From an uncultured Fibrobacteraceae bacterium (GTDB lineage: Bacteria > Krumholzibacteriota > Krumholzibacteriia > LZORAL124-64-63): DNA of 64,000 nt. The stretch lies in assembly GCA_964524645.1 (NCBI GenBank), contig CAZGEC010000002.1, positions 5,005-69,004 of the forward strand, read 5' to 3'. The notes beneath the pieces were generated by a model. The model saw nothing but the letters and a program-made list of their open reading frames with translations. It was not told the DNA's origin and searched no databases. Below, piece after piece: positions 60,141 through 64,000 of this stretch. The position numbers and the translations under genes were made by a program. The stretch's first letter is position 1; each line of letters opens with the position of its first letter.

Positions 60141-60998
60141 ATGTCCGCGCTGATCGTCATCCTCGCCGTCCTGGCAGTCGTCTACCTGTTGATCTGCCTG
60201 CTGATGGTGATTCTCCAGGGGCGCTTCGTGTTCTTCCCGACGCGCGAGCTGGCGGCGACGCCCGCCGAGCGCGGACTGTCCTACCGGGACGTCGAGCTGC
60301 GGGCGAGCGACCACGTGCGGCTGCACGCCTGGTTCGTGCCGCGCGAGGGCGCCCGGGGCGTCCTGCTCTTCTGCCACGGCAACGCGGGCAACATCGGCGA
60401 CCGGCTGGACTCGCTGCAGCTCTTCCACGAGCTGGGTCTCGCGGTGCTGATCTTCGACTACCGCGGCTACGGGCGCAGCGCGGGCCGGCCGAGCGAGGCG
60501 GGGCTCTACCGCGACGCCCGTGCGGCCTGGGACCACCTGGTGGATCAGGAGGGATTCCCCGCGGAGCGCATCGTCGTCTTCGGCCGCTCCCTGGGTGGAG
60601 CCGTCGCGGTGCAGCTGGCCTCGCAGGCGGATCCCGGCGGCCTGATCGTCGAGTCGAGCTTCACCTCGGCGGCGGAGCTGGGCGCGCGGCTCTATCCGTG
60701 GCTGCCGGTGCGCCAGCTGGCGCGCATCCGCTTCGACGCCGCCGCACGCCTGCAGGACGTCAGCTGCCGCCAGCTGTTCGTGCACAGCCTGGACGACGAG
60801 GTCGTCCCCTACGGACTGGGCCTGCGGCTCTACCGCCAGGCCCACCTGCCGAAGCAGTTCCTGCGGATCCGGGGCGGACACGGCGACGGCTTCCTGGTCT
60901 CCGGGCAGCGCTACCGGTCGGGCCTGGCGGCCTTCCTGGCCTCGCTGGGCCTGGCCGCCGACCAGGCCTTGCCGCCGGCCTCCGAGCCGGAGACCTAG
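60141..60998 (+). CDS. alpha/beta hydrolase (N-terminal membrane anchor)
   Basis: The oxyanion region is LLFCHGNAGN. The nucleophile elbow is GRSLGG. It starts 5 bp after the GRE stop. Confidence 0.75.
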   Translation: MSALIVILAVLAVVYLLICLLMVILQGRFVFFPTRELAATPAERGLSYRDVELRASDHVRLHAWFVPREGARGVLLFCHGNAGNIGDRLDSLQLFHELGLAVLIFDYRGYGRSAGRPSEAGLYRDARAAWDHLVDQEGFPAERIVVFGRSLGGAVAVQLASQADPGGLIVESSFTSAAELGARLYPWLPVRQLARIRFDAAARLQDVSCRQLFVHSLDDEVVPYGLGLRLYRQAHLPKQFLRIRGGHGDGFLVSGQRYRSGLAAFLASLGLAADQALPPASEPET

Positions 60999-61077
60999 AA
61001 ACGAGGAAGCCGCGCGCTGCGCGGCTTCCCCGGCGTGGGATCGATTCCGAACGCTTCCCTCGCTGCCTTTCCGGACT

Positions 61078-62163
61078 CTAGCTGCCGCCGCCGCCCATGC
61101 CGCCGCCGTGCTGGCCGCCGGAGCCGCCCTGGTGATCGCCCGGGCCGCCGCCGGCGTCGTCGATGGGATTGTGGCCGCCGGGCTCGTGATCCTCGCCCGG
61201 GCCCATCCAGCCGGCCTGGTACATGCGCTGCGCCATCTCCTGCCAGGCCAGGCCCTCACCGAGACACCGTTCCAGGTCGCCGGCGATCTCGTCCACGGGG
61301 CCGCCGTTCTGGTGGTTGGCCAGGACCATGAAGCGCAGCTGGCGCATCTCCTGGGCCGTGTAACCCTGCTGCAGGGCCTCGCCGGCCAGGCGGACGGCGC
61401 GCGCACGCTGCAGGCCCTCGGCGTTCAGCTGGACGGCGGTCTCGGTGGCCGCGGCCAGCTCCTCCACGCTGCAGCTCCCATCGCGCAGGCGCAGGCGGGC
61501 CTGTTGGCGGAGCTGCTCCAGGTCGCCCTCGTTCAGGCCGGACCACATGTTCTGGGCCATCTGCCGGACCAGCTGGCGCGTGCGGACCGGGTCGCCGGTC
61601 GGCTCTACGCCGTCCTGGACGGCCTGATTCATGACGCGGCTGGCGGTGCGCACGTGGGCTTCCATGCGCAGGGCCGCCTGCTCCAGGGCCTGCTCCGGAG
61701 CGCCCTTCATCAGTCCTTCCTGGATCTTCGCGAGCACCGGCTCGGTGGGCAGGCCCTCGCGGGCCGCCGCGAGCACGCGGTGCTGCAGGCGGAGCCGGGT
61801 GCGCGCCTGCAGGGGATCGCCCGTCTCGCCGGCGGCGAACAGGGTCCTCAGCTCGCGCTCGCCCAGGCCCAGCTGCAGGCAGGCGTCCAGGTTCTCGACC
61901 ATCTGGCCGCGCTCCTCCGCGGAGAGCCCGGGTGCCGTGTCGATACGATCACGGAGCTGCTGGCGCAGCTGCAGGCGATCGGGATCGCCCTGCTGATCGC
62001 CGCTGCCGTCGTGCAGCCGCAGCTGATCCTGCACCTGGTCCCGCGTCCGGTCCTGGTCCTGAGCCAGCGCGGTCGCCGTGGCGAAGATCAGCAGCAGGGC
62101 CAGGGTCGTCAGGACGACCGCGCCCCTGCCTCGGCTCGGGAAGATTCGCCTTGTGGTCCGCAT
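61078..62163 (-). CDS. secreted helical hypothetical protein with a His/Gly-rich C-terminal tail
   Basis: The signal peptide is MRTTRRIFPSRGRGAVVLTTLALLLIFATATALA. The tail is GGHNPIDDAGGGPGDHQGGSGGQHGGGMGGGGS. The start was set at Met 62163. Confidence 0.45.
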   Translation of the reverse strand: MRTTRRIFPSRGRGAVVLTTLALLLIFATATALAQDQDRTRDQVQDQLRLHDGSGDQQGDPDRLQLRQQLRDRIDTAPGLSAEERGQMVENLDACLQLGLGERELRTLFAAGETGDPLQARTRLRLQHRVLAAAREGLPTEPVLAKIQEGLMKGAPEQALEQAALRMEAHVRTASRVMNQAVQDGVEPTGDPVRTRQLVRQMAQNMWSGLNEGDLEQLRQQARLRLRDGSCSVEELAAATETAVQLNAEGLQRARAVRLAGEALQQGYTAQEMRQLRFMVLANHQNGGPVDEIAGDLERCLGEGLAWQEMAQRMYQAGWMGPGEDHEPGGHNPIDDAGGGPGDHQGGSGGQHGGGMGGGGS

Positions 62164-62254
62164 GTCCTTGTCTCCTGTCTCGTGACCGGGACGGTGCGTG
62201 GGCTCTACGCTCCGTCCGGATTCCACCACCTGAGACGCCGCGGCCGCTCCGAGG

Positions 62255-63511
62255 TTACCGGCCGGCGGGCAAGACCCGCAGCAGGCCGTTGCGGCCGCCG
62301 AAACCGTCGTCTACCGTGACGGTCGCCTCGCTCGGCGTCACCGTCCGGCCGTCGATCCAGTAGGCATACTGGTGGGATCCCGCCGGGAGGGGCAATTCCA
62401 GCTCCCACCAGCCGTCGCCGGCTGGCCGGAGCCCGTTGGCAGCGGGATCCCAGCCATTGAAATCTCCCACCAGGGCCACCCGCGTGGCCCCGGGTGCGTG
62501 GACACGGAAGCGGATCGGCACGCCCGCGCGCGGCCCGTCCGGAGCGGCCGGCAGGGAGCGGGGCGCCGGGGGGTCCAGGGCGACGCCGCGGCCGCCCGGA
62601 CCGGGCCGCCAGGTGAGGGCGAGGGCGACGCGGTGGATGTCCTGGTTGTCCGCGTCGGGCCAGACGTAGCGGGCGAAGCCGTAGCGCAGCGCCAGGGAGA
62701 GGCTCGGCCCCAGCTCCTGCTCCAGGCCCACGCCCAGCTGCCCGTAGTGATCGTGGTCCTCCGCCGCCGGGCGGCCCGCGAAGTCGCGCTCCTGCCAGAC
62801 GCCGCCCAGGCTCAGCCAGAGGGCGGGCGCCGCCCGCAGCCAGGCTGTTCCCTGCACCAACCAGCCGCGGCTGTCGTACCAGGGATCGCGGGCCGCGGTG
62901 CCGAGGCGGCTGGCCTCCGCCTGCAGGACGAGCCCCGAGGCGGGGGCGAGCGTTCCCCGCCCGCCCAGCCGCCAGGCCGCCTCGCTGTAGATGCCGACGA
63001 GCCCCAGGTCGTCCGGGGCCAGCAGGTCGGGGTAGCGCCGTCCCTGCAGGCCGCCGAGCAGCTCGAGCCGCCAGCGGGGGTGCGCGTACCCGAGAGCCGC
63101 CTCGCCGCCGCCGGTGTAGCGCCGCACGCTGGCGCGCTCGGAGTCGTCGAAGATCGCGCCGCCGCCCCGCAGGCGCAGCTGCCAGGGACCGCTGCCGCGC
63201 AGCAGCAGGTCGGCCGAGACCTGCCCCGAGAGCAGGCGCCGCTCCAGCGTGTTGAAGAACTGCTCGAGGGTCGTGTACGCCGACAGCCGCAGGATCGAGC
63301 GTGCGCCCAGCCGCCGGCCGAGGCTCAGGCCCGGGCTGAAGTCGAGGAAGGCGCCGCCAGATACGGTCTCGCGCGCCAGGTCCGGGTCCAGGACCAGATC
63401 GCTCTCGTGGCCCGTGGCCACGGTCAGCCAGGGCTCCCACACCCAGGCGTGCGCGGGGGAGGCCGCGGCGCCCCCGACCACAACCAGGATGCAGAACGAG
63501 CCCACGAGCAT
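62255..63511 (-). CDS. secreted/outer-membrane protein with a C-terminal CBM48/E-set (glycogen-binding-like) domain
   Basis: The signal peptide is MLVGSFCILVVVGGAAASPAHA. The C-terminal domain is VPIRFRVHAPGATRVALVGDFNGWD...YAYWIDG. The start was set at Met 63511. Confidence 0.5.
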   Translation of the reverse strand: MLVGSFCILVVVGGAAASPAHAWVWEPWLTVATGHESDLVLDPDLARETVSGGAFLDFSPGLSLGRRLGARSILRLSAYTTLEQFFNTLERRLLSGQVSADLLLRGSGPWQLRLRGGGAIFDDSERASVRRYTGGGEAALGYAHPRWRLELLGGLQGRRYPDLLAPDDLGLVGIYSEAAWRLGGRGTLAPASGLVLQAEASRLGTAARDPWYDSRGWLVQGTAWLRAAPALWLSLGGVWQERDFAGRPAAEDHDHYGQLGVGLEQELGPSLSLALRYGFARYVWPDADNQDIHRVALALTWRPGPGGRGVALDPPAPRSLPAAPDGPRAGVPIRFRVHAPGATRVALVGDFNGWDPAANGLRPAGDGWWELELPLPAGSHQYAYWIDGRTVTPSEATVTVDDGFGGRNGLLRVLPAGR

Positions 63512-63539
63512 CCTGACCGCGGCGCGGGGGCGTCCGCGA

Positions 63540-64000
63540 CTACAGCGTGAGGTCGAGGACCGCATTCTGCCGGCCAAAACCATCATCCCTTGTCTGCAGG
63601 GCGAGGGGATCGGTCCGCCAGGTGCGGCCGTCCTCCACGAACATGTACTCGTAGGTGTCGGCGGGCAGCAGCAGCAAGGCCGTCCAGGCTCCATCGTGCT
63701 TCTCCATGGGTGTCCGGCGTGGATCCCAGTCGTTGAAGGTTCCGGCCACGCTCACCTGCCCGACTTCTCCGGCCGGCGGGACGTAGACCAGGCGCACCAG
63801 GCGCAGGCCCGCGCTGCCGCCGGCGAACTGCGCGGCATCCGCGGGGACGAAGGCCACCGGCGCACCGCCCGGCCCCTGGCCGCCGGCGGCCAGGTCCCGG
63901 CCGCTTCCTGCGGTCCCTTGCAGGACACCGGGCCCCACGCGGGCGGCCAGCCAGCCCAGCCCGAAGACGACGGCCAGCGAGGCCGCCAGGGCCAGCGCCC
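63540..64000 (-). CDS. CBM48/E-set domain protein, C-terminal part; the 5' end lies beyond the window
   Basis: Contains VRLVYVPPAGEVGQVSVAGTFNDWD...YEYMFVEDG. The reading frame stays open to the window edge. Confidence 0.5.
   Translation of the reverse strand, partial: ALALAASLAVVFGLGWLAARVGPGVLQGTAGSGRDLAAGGQGPGGAPVAFVPADAAQFAGGSAGLRLVRLVYVPPAGEVGQVSVAGTFNDWDPRRTPMEKHDGAWTALLLLPADTYEYMFVEDGRTWRTDPLALQTRDDGFGRQNAVLDLTL

Overview
This 64-kb window is GC-rich (roughly 70% by eye) and comes from a Gram-negative genome, probably an FCB-group or candidate-phylum lineage. The lineage call rests on three secreted proteins with the NPFNP...IYD..G..V...SGVYF C-terminal sorting domain typical of type IX secretion substrates: a C25 gingipain-like peptidase, an S8 peptidase and a hypothetical protein. 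About 50 genes are densely packed on both strands. The six-frame ORF track is dominated by long Arg/Gly/Pro/Ala-rich antisense shadow ORFs, which are typical of high-GC DNA and were discarded. Track ORFs also use GTG/TTG starts, so several true starts were re-assigned using Shine-Dalgarno sequences and homology.

Recognisable content, in order:
- a metallophosphoesterase fragment;
- an HDOD signalling protein;
- selD;
- an ABC-2 exporter (one ATPase and two permeases) followed by MgtC;
- a DUF1624-like acyltransferase;
- two Omp85-family outer-membrane proteins flanking a small block (two hypotheticals, a FAH hydrolase, Hsp20);
- a Wzx-like flippase, AgcS, a SAM methyltransferase and a zinc-ribbon/acidic-tail mini-protein;
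- a HesB/IscA-like gene and a DUF4442 hotdog protein;
- two tandem T9SS substrates (C25 peptidase and a hypothetical);
- gpmI;
- a TPP riboswitch controlling a TonB-dependent receptor, thiamine pyrophosphokinase and a sodium:solute symporter;
- HtrA and FtsH, preceded by a hypothetical gene behind a sigma-54 promoter, with a divergent NtrC-type activator;
- a plus-strand signalling block: USP, a cytidylate-kinase-like fusion, TauE, a CheY-like receiver, a PEP-utilising enzyme and a histidine kinase;
- an AddB/AddA-like helicase-nuclease pair;
- an S8/T9SS peptidase;
- a glycyl-radical enzyme with its activase and an alpha/beta hydrolase;
- a secreted His/Gly-tailed protein and two CBM48-like domain proteins.

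The most interesting signals come from reading through stop codons and intergenic DNA:
1. selD carries an in-frame UGA at exactly the Cys/Sec-17 position, with a SECIS-like hairpin 12 nt downstream.
2. A HesB/IscA-like A-type carrier gene, completely absent from the ORF track, has UGA replacing the first conserved Cys. It is a second selenoprotein.
3. A clean TPP riboswitch, with promoter and terminator, sits in front of a TonB receptor, TPK and SSF operon. That arrangement suggests a Bacteroides-like thiamine salvage locus with a non-Pnu inner-membrane transporter.
4. A near-consensus sigma-54 promoter (TGGCGGG-N4-TTGCA) fires into a hypothetical-ftsH-htrA operon, divergent from an NtrC-family activator.
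5. A stand-alone PFL2-family glycyl radical enzyme plus activase is of unknown substrate.
6. A near-identical ~35-bp GC hairpin element is repeated immediately downstream of each of the two tandem T9SS substrate genes.

No rRNA or tRNA genes, CRISPR arrays, or obvious mobile elements were seen.
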